The position numbers and the translations under genes were made by a program. From positions 20,447 to 84,446 of the forward strand of contig NZ_JBGVJL010000193.1 of NCBI RefSeq assembly GCF_045129435.1: a DNA stretch of 64,000 nucleotides. The letters are read 5' to 3'. The notes under the pieces were generated by a model, which saw only the letters and a list, made by a program, of their open reading frames with translations, was not told the origin of the DNA and did not search any database. Below are positions 41,776 through 50,995 of the stretch, one piece after another (position 1 is the stretch's first letter; every line of letters starts with the position of its first letter). Source of the DNA: Ruminococcus sp. Lineage in GTDB: Bacteria; Bacillota; Clostridia; Oscillospirales; Acutalibacteraceae.

Positions 41776-43167
41776 CTAATCGGATGCTTTCATATTAGGA
41801 AATAGGAATTCCATTTTTTCATCATTAAAATGGTAGTCAATATACTCTACAAAAGCGTTGTCGGCATTTGGGTGCACTTCTCTGTCCTGCCAACGATAAA
41901 CCGCTGCACACGACATAAACGCATTGAAAGCCATAAAAATTATAAGCACAGCAGTCATAACACCGCCTGCTCGCTTTGGAATTTTCTCAATAATTCTTGC
42001 AAGCCACGGGTAAAAAAATCTTACCCACACAAGGCCTAAAAATCCCCAGATAAGAGCGTACATAAGATTTGTTCTGCCGTTAAAATTCAGTGGTGTGTCG
42101 CTGTAGTCCCATGATACTGTACCAAATAATGTTTCCTGAAACCAAGAGCAAAAATACTCAAAGCTTGCACCCACAACGGCACTGATTACATAAATAAGCG
42201 TATCATTAAGCTTATAAAGCTTGTAAAGCACAATAGTTAAAAAACACGCACCGCCGCCGTACACAGGAATGAACGGGCCATACACAAGACCGACTCGCAC
42301 CTGAAAATTGCCGTCAACCATAAACGCCCAGAAAGTTTCAAGTATTGTACCAATAAACGAGCCGATTACAAACAGATAAAACAACTTTGTAAAACAAAGT
42401 CCAAATGCAAAAGGTCGTTCCTCCTTGTTTTCATATACGGTTGTATATTCAAGCATATTTTTGTCTTTTTCTTGACCCACTCTGTCGGAAATCATACCAA
42501 GGTAAACGCTTGTTTTTAGGTCAGGAAAGGCACTTGCAAGTCGTCTTCTTAAAATATTTTCCGTAAAAAGTCTGTTGCAGTTTTCGCCTATTAGCTTTAT
42601 TTTTTCTTCGTCAGCATCATCACCGAGCAATTCTTCAATATTGCTAAGATACTTAATTCTGTACTTCAAACGAATTACAGTTATTACCGAAAAAACATAG
42701 TCAAGCAAAATAAGTGCAAGCAAGCCTGCAAGGATTATTTTGCCCACTATTAAAGGAATCAGCATTACAAGTGCGTCTGATACAGGCATAAATACCTTAA
42801 TAAAACCAAAGCCGAATAGCCCCGCAAGGATTGCGTACGGCAAGGAAATATAGCTGCCAATGCTAAGCTTTGCCTGCGAATAATCCCACACCTTAAAGCC
42901 GAGAATTTTTTCAAACAAAAAGCCTGAAACAACTATAATTATGGTTGTAAGTGCTATTGATGCAACAAGTAGCAGCCACGGATATGATTCAAGCGGAGTA
43001 AGCACTACCCTGCATATTACCGCAGTAAGTCCGTACATTGGGAAAAACGGCGATGTCAAAAAGCCGTTATTTTTGAATTTCTTATAAACGGCAAGATTTC
43101 GTATAACATTACCAACCCAACCTAAGAATGAAAATATTACAAATGTCCATAAAATGAGATACATCAA
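41776..43167 (-). CDS. CmpB-like 'putative ABC transporter permease' with two tandem domains
   Basis: Two copies of the SF.G...G....P..P.YG...WDYS pattern. Confidence 0.75.
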   Translation of the reverse strand: MMYLILWTFVIFSFLGWVGNVIRNLAVYKKFKNNGFLTSPFFPMYGLTAVICRVVLTPLESYPWLLLVASIALTTIIIVVSGFLFEKILGFKVWDYSQAKLSIGSYISLPYAILAGLFGFGFIKVFMPVSDALVMLIPLIVGKIILAGLLALILLDYVFSVITVIRLKYRIKYLSNIEELLGDDADEEKIKLIGENCNRLFTENILRRRLASAFPDLKTSVYLGMISDRVGQEKDKNMLEYTTVYENKEERPFAFGLCFTKLFYLFVIGSFIGTILETFWAFMVDGNFQVRVGLVYGPFIPVYGGGACFLTIVLYKLYKLNDTLIYVISAVVGASFEYFCSWFQETLFGTVSWDYSDTPLNFNGRTNLMYALIWGFLGLVWVRFFYPWLARIIEKIPKRAGGVMTAVLIIFMAFNAFMSCAAVYRWQDREVHPNADNAFVEYIDYHFNDEKMEFLFPNMKASD

Positions 43168-43181
43168 TTCACTTCCTATAA

Positions 43182-43225
43182 AAAAGCACCTAAGGGTGCA
43201 GAAAAGACTGCACCCTTATGCTTTT
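43182..43225. terminator. Intrinsic terminator after the SPFH gene
   Basis: TAAGGGTGCAG-aaaaga-CTGCACCCTTA. Confidence 0.7.
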
Positions 43226-43249
43226 ATTTTGATTTTTTATTGTATTATT

Positions 43250-44155
43250 TTACTGCTTTGCAGGCTCATCTTTCCAAATTTCCTTAATTGCAGCAACATT
43301 ACCTGCAATTCCCTGAAGTTCGGAAGGAATAATAATCTTTGTAGCCTTGCCGTCAGCAGCCTTTGCAAATGCCTCCAGTGACTTAAGCTGAATGATTCTG
43401 TCTGTTGGAGCAGCTTCATTGAGCATACGGAGAGCGTCTGCGTTTGCTCTCTGTACTGTAAGGATAGCCTCAGCCTCACCGGCAGCCTCTCTGATTTTCT
43501 GCTCTTTAACAGCGTCAGCCTTGAGGATTGCAGACTCTTTAAGACCCTCGGCAATAAGAATCTGGCTACGCTTTTCACCCTCGGCGTCAAGAATCTTAGC
43601 TCTTCTTTCACGCTCTGCCTTCATCTGCTTTTCCATTGCGTCCTGAATTTCACGAGGCGGAAGAATATTTTTAAGCTCAACACGCTTTACTCTGATACCC
43701 CATGCGTCAGTTGCCTCATCAAGGATAATTCTGATTTTATCGTTGATTGTATCACGAGATGTAAGTGTGCTGTCAAGCTCGAGTTCACCGATTATGTTAC
43801 GAAGAGTGGTTGCAGTAAGGTTTTCAATAGCGTTAAGAGGACGCTCAACACCGTAGCTGTAAAGCTTAGGATCAGTAATTTCAAAATAAACTACTGTATC
43901 AATTTGCATTGTAACATTATCTCTTGTAATTACAGGCTGAGGTGGGAAGTCAACAACCTGCTCCTTGAGTGAAACCTTTCTTGAAATTTTATCAAGAAAA
44001 GGAATTTTCACATGAAGACCTGTACCCCATGTTGAGTGGTATGCACCAAGTCTTTCAACTACATATGCGTGTGCCTGCGGCACGATTTTAACATTACTGA
44101 TGATTGCAATTAAAATGATAAGTAAAATAATTGCAATTACAATTAAAGGACCCAT
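43250..44155 (-). CDS. SPFH/stomatin (band 7) protein
   Basis: VVERLG, VITRDNV, TTLRNIIG, MKAERERRA. Confidence 0.93.
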   Translation of the reverse strand: MGPLIVIAIILLIILIAIISNVKIVPQAHAYVVERLGAYHSTWGTGLHVKIPFLDKISRKVSLKEQVVDFPPQPVITRDNVTMQIDTVVYFEITDPKLYSYGVERPLNAIENLTATTLRNIIGELELDSTLTSRDTINDKIRIILDEATDAWGIRVKRVELKNILPPREIQDAMEKQMKAERERRAKILDAEGEKRSQILIAEGLKESAILKADAVKEQKIREAAGEAEAILTVQRANADALRMLNEAAPTDRIIQLKSLEAFAKAADGKATKIIIPSELQGIAGNVAAIKEIWKDEPAKQ

Positions 44156-44176
44156 ACTTAATTCTCCATTCAAAAA

Positions 44177-44623
44177 TTATTCTCCCTGCCAAGGCTCAAC
44201 AATCATTTTTACGCCCTCAATAGCAAGAATTTTTACTTTGTCGTCTTTTTTTACAGGTGTGGGGTTTCTAAGCTTGGCAGTCCAAACCTCACCGCTTACC
44301 TTCACCTGTCCAACTGTTTCCAAAGAGTCAATATCGGTAAGCATTACACCTGTTTGCCCAACAAGCCTGTCGGAATTTGTTTTTACATCTTTGTGATTCT
44401 TTTTGTACTTATCCACAAGAGGCTTTGTTGCGATAAGTGTGCCAAAGGATACCACAATAAAAACTATCAGCTGTATAAGTAATGACGAAGTAATCAGCGA
44501 AGATACTGCCGCACACAAAGCACCTGCAACAAACCATATTGATACAAGCTGATTTGTAACGCCCTCACCAACAGCCATCACTACTGCAATACCAATCCAG
44601 ACAAAAGGCATATACTGTTCCAT
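44177..44623 (-). CDS. NfeD-family membrane protein
   Basis: TMs followed by GQVKVSGEVW...IEGVK; next to SPFH. Confidence 0.9.
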   Translation of the reverse strand: MEQYMPFVWIGIAVVMAVGEGVTNQLVSIWFVAGALCAAVSSLITSSLLIQLIVFIVVSFGTLIATKPLVDKYKKNHKDVKTNSDRLVGQTGVMLTDIDSLETVGQVKVSGEVWTAKLRNPTPVKKDDKVKILAIEGVKMIVEPWQGE

Positions 44624-44999
44624 ATTCACATCTCCTTTCGCAACAACATTCTACCATAAAAACAATATATAGTCAATTATTTTTTCGCTTTATGCTATAA
44701 AATTTCAGAAATTGACAGTATTTTTAGTTTAATCTTATGCATATTGAGTATATTTTTATATTGTACAATTACAATATAGGCATACTATACTACATTTTAT
44801 GTGTCTTTTTGTATAATATTCTATGTACTATGAATTAACAGAATTATCACAAACTATTAACCGAACAATATTTTTCTTTTTAAAATGATTAATGGTTAAA
44901 TATTTTTTCACTTTATACTATATCTTGAAAAAATATCTACACATTTCGTTTATTGTATGTTATAATTAAGATAAATAAAAATGAAATTAGGTGATTGTT

Positions 45000-45599
45000 A
45001 TGGCTTTTGATACATTTGACGAGGGCATTGTGCCGGGTGGAATGCGTAGCAAGTACGAAATTCGTATTTTAATCTGCTACCTTTTAAATTCAATAAAAGT
45101 ACCCGTCAGCAAAGATATTATTGTTGACTCAATATGTGAGGAAAGCCTTGCAAATTATTTTGAAACAAGCTCCTGCTTTGATGACCTTATAGAAAATGGC
45201 AATATCATCGAGCAAGGCTCAGACGGTGACACAAAAACATTCACTGTAACCGAAAACGGCGTAATGATTGCCAAACAGCTCGACACAACACTTGCCTATA
45301 CCGTAAAGGAAAAGGCATATAATTGTGCAATAAATCTGCTAAAGCAAAAGAAAAAAGAGCGTGAAAACAGCGTAGAAATTGTTAAAACAGATATGGGATA
45401 TAATGTAAACTGCAAAATATCCGGTGGTAATCTTGATTTGCTCAGCTTCTCAATTTTTGCACCTGATATGCCGCAGGCCTTAATTCTTAAAAAGAATTTT
45501 TACAAAGACCCAACTACATTTTATAAAGTAATCCTCGCAATGCTCACCCAAAATAAAGAAAGCGTTGCCGAAGCACTTGAGAATCTTTACAACATTTAA
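45000..45599 (+). CDS. DUF4364-like winged-helix protein
   Basis: IRILICYLL...NYF...L...T.NG pattern. Confidence 0.7.
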   Translation: MAFDTFDEGIVPGGMRSKYEIRILICYLLNSIKVPVSKDIIVDSICEESLANYFETSSCFDDLIENGNIIEQGSDGDTKTFTVTENGVMIAKQLDTTLAYTVKEKAYNCAINLLKQKKKERENSVEIVKTDMGYNVNCKISGGNLDLLSFSIFAPDMPQALILKKNFYKDPTTFYKVILAMLTQNKESVAEALENLYNI

Positions 45600-45624
45600 G
45601 CTTGTTTAACAAATCATTAAAAAC

Positions 45625-45700
45625 AAAAGCAGAGTAAATTTTTGGTTTACTCTGCTTTTTATTGAAAAGGGACTGTTGCAATTTTAGCTACAGTCCCTTT
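45625..45700. terminator. Two adjacent intrinsic terminators for convergent genes
   Basis: AAAAGCAGAGTAAA...TTTACTCTGCTTTT and AAAGGGACTGT...ACAGTCCCTTT. Confidence 0.75.
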
Positions 45701-45714
45701 ATCATAGAGAAATA

Positions 45715-47231
45715 TTAATCAGCATTGACAATCGCCATTTGAATTGCGGTTACATCACTTACAGTAAGTGCATTATCCTTGTTAAAATCAGCTATTGCAA
45801 ATTCATATTCATCATTTTCATTGATAATTAAATTACCGTTATTATCATTAGTAAAAGATAAATACATCTGCATTTGTGTAGCATCATTAACAGAAAGAAT
45901 ACCGTCATTATCTGTGTCGCCCAATATACAGTATTTATCTGTATAGCTGTTTCCACAAACTGAGCATATGTGTTCAACATAGCCTTTTTGAGTAGTTGTA
46001 GGCTTTATTATTTTATCGGTATAATTGTGAACACCAATCTTGTCCTGAGAAATTTTTTCTATTTCAAATTTTTGAGGACTCCAATTAAATCCGGCACCCC
46101 AAACTTCAAGATTATTTGTAGTCTGAGATAAATCCAATACCATATCAGTACAAACAGGTTTTATGTAATATGCTCCATTTATTTGATAAATATAAAATCT
46201 TTGAGCAGTTGAATCCCAATCGTTATATACTTGAACATTTGTACCTGCACCAGCATCTGCATAATTTTCTACATCCATTGAACGATAATCATAATAGTTT
46301 TTTATTTTAACCAAAGAGTTTTTGCACAAATAGGACTTATATTGATTTTTATCTCTTCATTTTCATCCCAATCATAAAATCCCTTAGAAGTCCAAATATC
46401 GTTATATGTAGGAGAGCCGACAACAGAGAAAGAAATTCCCTCTGAATCAGTTGCACCAGCCGAATTTGCTGCTGTTATCCAAGAATAATATTCACCATAA
46501 CCCCATTGGTTTGCTGAAAATCTTAGTTCACTGTTTACATCTAATCTTTGACTAATAATTTGATTACCGTCTTTATATACACTTATCCAAAAGTATTCAA
46601 CATCATTTGCACGAGGATAAAGAACAATATCATCTTGAATATCATACCATACCTGACTTCTGTCTAAATGTACATCAGTTGGTTTATTTATCGCAGAATA
46701 TTTAGGTCTGACAATATATGCAATAGACTGTGACTGGGTTGGGTGTTGTCTGACACTCCTTGAGTAAAGCGAAGAACCGCTGCCGGAGTTACCTCCATAT
46801 GTACTTACATTTCCGTTTGACGCCGCATATACTATCTCAACATGGTCAGCTCCGTTATTACCATAGAATACTATATCGCCTTTCTTAGCAGAATTCTTAT
46901 CAACATAGTAGCCACCTGCATTAAGTATATTTTGTCTTAAAGTTGGGCAATATCCGGATGCCGGTATAGCTGAAGATTGATTGGCAAGTATAGCACAATC
47001 ACTGACAAAGTCTGCACACCATTGCTCTGAGTAACCAAGCTGAGAACCGGTTTTTCCAAGCTGAGCTGCGGCTACGGAAACAATATCATCACTGCCCGAA
47101 CCGCTTAATGAGAAATTTTTATTAAAGTTTTCTGTTCTGCTCTGAGTTGCACTAACATCAAGCATTCCATAAGCAGTTATACACGATACCGCAATAAGCA
47201 AAGTCAAAATTACACTAATTATTTTTTTCAT
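45715..47231 (-). pseudogene. Secreted CHAP-domain + ricin-type lectin + dockerin protein, split into two overlapping frames
   Basis: 46302-47231 has a signal peptide and CHAP motifs (WCADFV, GDIVFY, HVEIV, GGNS). 45715-46329 has a partial ricin repeat and a dockerin (GDTDNDGILSVNDATQMQ...ADFNKDNALTVSDVTAIQ) but no signal peptide. Confidence 0.72.
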
Positions 47232-47406
47232 AATCAAAATCTCCTTTCCTTATAATAACAAGTGCAATAATTTGCGAAAATTTCTTATCAGTAAACATTT
47301 TTGATAAAAAGTTTTCGCTTTGTTAACAATTATATTATACAGTTTTCGATTACAAAACGCAAGTGCTTTAAAATATTTTTATCAAAAACTTTTTGAGGTG
47401 GATTAT

Positions 47407-47766
47407 ATGTTTGACTTTGGCTTAAGAATAAGACAACTACGAGAATCAAGAAATATGTCACAAGAAGAGTTAGGCAGAAGAGTCGGAAGAAGCAAGCCTG
47501 TAATAAGCAGTTACGAAAACAATATAAAAACTCCTCCGCTTGAGGTTTTGATTTCAATTTCAAATGTATTTAATGTTTCGTTGGATTATTTAGTCGGCAT
47601 TGAAAAGAAAGAAGCATTATATCTAAACAACCTAAATAATACACAAGCCGAAATTATAAAACTGTTGTATCAGGAATTTACCGATACAGGCATTAAGGCA
47701 AAAGAATTATCAAACAGACAGCAAAAACTGCTAAGTATGCTTTTAGTCGAATTTTTAAATTCATAA
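47407..47766 (+). CDS. XRE-family HTH regulator
   Basis: LRESRNMSQEELG...ISSYEN...P...FNVSLDYL. Confidence 0.9.
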   Translation: MFDFGLRIRQLRESRNMSQEELGRRVGRSKPVISSYENNIKTPPLEVLISISNVFNVSLDYLVGIEKKEALYLNNLNNTQAEIIKLLYQEFTDTGIKAKELSNRQQKLLSMLLVEFLNS

Positions 47767-47791
47767 GTCACCCTGACGGTGGCTTATTTTT
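47763..47791 (+). terminator. Intrinsic terminator
   Basis: ATAAGTCACC-ctgac-GGTGGCTTAT followed by TTTT. Confidence 0.65.
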
Positions 47792-47959
47792 ATATTGTTT
47801 CAGTACACTGATAATATATAAAAATGCTTAATTTACTGTCGGCAGCAACACGACTTTAAAATAATTAAATAATATTGTAGAAAATCTTAGTACAGAAAAA
47901 AGCCTTGCTGATTGATTTTGCAAGGCTTCTTTATAAAAATAAAGTAAACAGAAATTAGG

Positions 47960-48220
47960 CTAAAAAAACAAATTCAATCCGAGCATCAGTGTTACTCCGG
48001 GGACTCCGCCAAAAGCTGACACGCACACCGACACAAGGCTTATAGGCAGATATACGCCTGTAAAAGAGCCTGTCAAATTAACCGCAATCAGCGTTAAAAT
48101 ACCTATAGCCATTGAAAGCAGACTTCTTTTAAACGGATGTCTGCTTTTACTTATGTAATGGGCAAATGCAAACAGCAAGAACGCACCGAAAAACATTAAT
48201 CCTATTCCCCACAAGGGCAT
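47960..48220 (-). CDS. bofA: Pro-sigmaK processing inhibitor BofA-family protein
   Basis: Small 3-TM protein with L..VN..G...G..LP.....GGVPGV. Confidence 0.75.
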   Translation of the reverse strand: MPLWGIGLMFFGAFLLFAFAHYISKSRHPFKRSLLSMAIGILTLIAVNLTGSFTGVYLPISLVSVCVSAFGGVPGVTLMLGLNLFF

Positions 48221-48261
48221 AATTCACAGCTCCTTTTACACAAACAATACTATATTTTCAA

Positions 48262-48296
48262 ATAAAAATAGACCGCAGGACTAACCTACGGTCTAT
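48262..48296 (-). terminator. Intrinsic terminator of secG
   Basis: ATAGACCG(C/T)AGG stem followed by a T run on the minus strand. Confidence 0.65.
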
Positions 48297-48333
48297 AATT
48301 ATGTTTGAATTTTTTAAAATATTACAAGCTTAA

Positions 48334-48591
48334 TCAGAAAGTGCTTCCGAGGAAATAAGCGAGTACATTAAGCGCAATTACAATAATTACGAAAACTGCT
48401 GCAAAAACCTTTGTAAAACGAGCAAGCTTTGCATCAATCGAGCGAGCCTTATTCTTTGAGAAATAAGAGTCAGCCGCACCGGAAACAACACCAATGCCCT
48501 GCTGGTTGCCCTGCTGAAGAATAATTACGATGATAATTGCGATGGCTGCTACAATAAGTACAGAGCCGAGAACAATACCCCAAACGCCCAT
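48334..48591 (-). CDS. secG: Preprotein translocase subunit SecG
   Basis: TM-LQQG...G...G...F.K.K.R..D..L.R.T-TM. Confidence 0.88.
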   Translation of the reverse strand: MGVWGIVLGSVLIVAAIAIIIVIILQQGNQQGIGVVSGAADSYFSKNKARSIDAKLARFTKVFAAVFVIIVIALNVLAYFLGSTF

Positions 48592-48741
48592 ATTATACCG
48601 TTCCTTTCTTTAATATAAATGTATAATAAGTTCTAAATACAAAAACTAACTAATTTATATTAACATAAAATTATAGCTTTTGCAAGAATTTTTTGAAATT
48701 TTTTCAACTTTTTTAGTTTAATTCTTGTAGCGAATATTAAC

Positions 48742-50979
48742 CTATATTAAGCTGAGCTGTTCGTCTGTTGAGTCCTCGTTTGCCGGCATAGCACCTAGAG
48801 TTGGCAATGTTTTTGTTCTGTATCTCTGCGGCTTTGCAAATGTGCCCTCAACATATTCGGTAATTTCAAAAAGTCTGTGTCCTTTTTTTAGCTTCATTAC
48901 TGCTACACCCTGTGTTGAACGGGTGGTTTTAAGATTGATTGCACCAGAATGTACAAGTAACATTCTGCCAGATGATGCCTTTAAGAGGAACTCCTTATCC
49001 TCCATAAAGAATACCATTCCTGCAAGAGGCGACTTGTCGGAATATGCACCGGTAAGCTTTTTACGATTTGTCTTTGTCTGATAAGCCTCAAGCGGTACTT
49101 TGGCAAGCTTGCCGTTTTCAAATGCAAACAGCAAAATGCCCTTGTAATCCTTTGTTGCTACCATAAACACAGCGTTTTCGCCCTCGTCCATACCAAGCTT
49201 AGCAGGCACATAGTCGCCAAGGGTACTTGCCTTTGTGTCGGCAAAATCCGCCGCCTTTGCCTTGTAAACCTGAGCCTTGTCGGTAAAGAACAGCAAATCA
49301 CCGTTGTTTGAAAATTCACAGGTCTGCGAAATTTCATCGCCGTCCTTTAGTTTGTGATTGCTGCTCATTCTGAGCGACTGCGGTGTAATCTTTTTAAAGT
49401 AGCCCTCTTTTGTAAAGAAAAGATTTACCGGATAATCGGGAATATCGTCCTTTTCCTCAGTATAGCTTACTGTATCCTCATAAATAATAATACTCTTTCG
49501 TGGCTGACCGTATTTTTCGGCAATTTCCTTGAGTTCCTTTACAATAATAGTCTTGATTCTTGTCTTGCTCTTGAGAATTTCGTCAAGCTCGGCAATTTCC
49601 TTTTCAAGAGATTCTATTTCATCGGTACGCTTTAAAATGTATTCTCTGTTAAGATGACGAAGTTTGATTTCGGCTACATATTCAGCCTGCACCTCGTCAA
49701 TACCAAAGCCAATCATAAGGTTTGGCACAACCTCTGACTCTTCATCAGTTTCCCTGACAATTTTTACAGCCTTGTCTATATCAAGCAAAATCGCCTCAAG
49801 ACCTTTTAAGAGGTGGAGTTTTTCGGCTTTTTTGTTTCTGTCAAAGTATGTTCGGCGTCTTACGCACTCAATTCTGAACGCAATCCATTCCTCAAGCAAA
49901 GCCTTTACGCCAAGCACCATCGGCACACCGCCGATAAGTACATTGAAGTTACACGAGAATGTATCTTCAAGCGTTGTAAAACGGTAAAGCTTAGCCATCA
50001 GCTTGTCGGGATCTACACCACGCTTTAGGTCAATGGTAATTTTCATACCGTCAAGACCGGTTTCATCTCGAACATCGGCAATATCCTTTACCTTACCTGT
50101 CTTTACAAGATCAATTATCTTTTCAATAATAACCTCGCAGGTCGTAGTACTCGGAATTGAAAGCACATCAATACAGTTTGCCGATTTATCGTACTCATAC
50201 CTTGCCCTGAGTTTGATTCCGCCCTTGCCTGTTTCATAAACCTGTCTTATTGCGTTCTCGTCATAAATAATCTGGCATCCGCCTATAAAATCAGGAGCAG
50301 GTAAAGTCTGCATAACATCGTGCTGTGGGTCACGAATAAGAGCCGCTGTGGTTTCACAGATTTCCTTTAAATTGAAAGAGCAGATATTTGACGCCATACC
50401 TACCGCAATACCTGTGTTTGTGTTTACAAGTACAGACGGAAAGGCAACCGGCAGAAGCGACGGCTCTTTCATTGTATTGTCGTAGTTATCAACAAAATCT
50501 ACTGTATCCTTGTCAATATCTCTGAAAAGTTCGTTGCAGATTTTGTCAAGCTTTGCTTCTGTATATCTTGATGCTGCCCATGCCATATCTCGGCTGTAAA
50601 ACTTACCAAAGTTACCCTTTGAATCTACATATGGGTGCAAAAGTGCCTCATAGCCTCTTGAAAGTCGCACCATAGTGTCATAAATTGCTGAGTCGCCATG
50701 CGGATTGAGCTTCATTGTTGCACCGACAATATTGGCTGATTTTGTTCTTGCACCGTTTAAAAGTCCCATTTTATACATTGTATAAAGAAGCTTTCTGTGC
50801 GAAGGCTTAAAGCCGTCAATTTCGGGAATAGCACGGGAAAGAATAACGCTCATAGCGTACGGCATATAGTTTTCTCTGATTGTAGAGTCAATGTTCTGCT
50901 CTACCACCTCACCCGCACCGTTTATTACACCATGGGTTTTATTTGCCTGTGCAGGCTGAGTTCTTCTTTTTTTAGCCAT
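48742..50979 (-). CDS. parC: Type IIA topoisomerase A subunit (topoisomerase IV ParC-like)
   Basis: DGFKPSHR, PHGDSAIYD, AASRYTEA catalytic Tyr; short CTD with no evident GyrA box. Confidence 0.8.
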   Translation of the reverse strand: MAKKRRTQPAQANKTHGVINGAGEVVEQNIDSTIRENYMPYAMSVILSRAIPEIDGFKPSHRKLLYTMYKMGLLNGARTKSANIVGATMKLNPHGDSAIYDTMVRLSRGYEALLHPYVDSKGNFGKFYSRDMAWAASRYTEAKLDKICNELFRDIDKDTVDFVDNYDNTMKEPSLLPVAFPSVLVNTNTGIAVGMASNICSFNLKEICETTAALIRDPQHDVMQTLPAPDFIGGCQIIYDENAIRQVYETGKGGIKLRARYEYDKSANCIDVLSIPSTTTCEVIIEKIIDLVKTGKVKDIADVRDETGLDGMKITIDLKRGVDPDKLMAKLYRFTTLEDTFSCNFNVLIGGVPMVLGVKALLEEWIAFRIECVRRRTYFDRNKKAEKLHLLKGLEAILLDIDKAVKIVRETDEESEVVPNLMIGFGIDEVQAEYVAEIKLRHLNREYILKRTDEIESLEKEIAELDEILKSKTRIKTIIVKELKEIAEKYGQPRKSIIIYEDTVSYTEEKDDIPDYPVNLFFTKEGYFKKITPQSLRMSSNHKLKDGDEISQTCEFSNNGDLLFFTDKAQVYKAKAADFADTKASTLGDYVPAKLGMDEGENAVFMVATKDYKGILLFAFENGKLAKVPLEAYQTKTNRKKLTGAYSDKSPLAGMVFFMEDKEFLLKASSGRMLLVHSGAINLKTTRSTQGVAVMKLKKGHRLFEITEYVEGTFAKPQRYRTKTLPTLGAMPANEDSTDEQLSLI

Positions 50980-50995
50980 AAATTCGCACCTCCCG

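Noticed and set aside
46302..46329. Programmed -1 ribosomal frameshift joining the CHAP and dockerin frames
   Set aside because: No canonical X XXY YYZ slippery heptamer in frame and no clear stimulatory structure. The ricin domain looks incomplete, which favours deletion or error.
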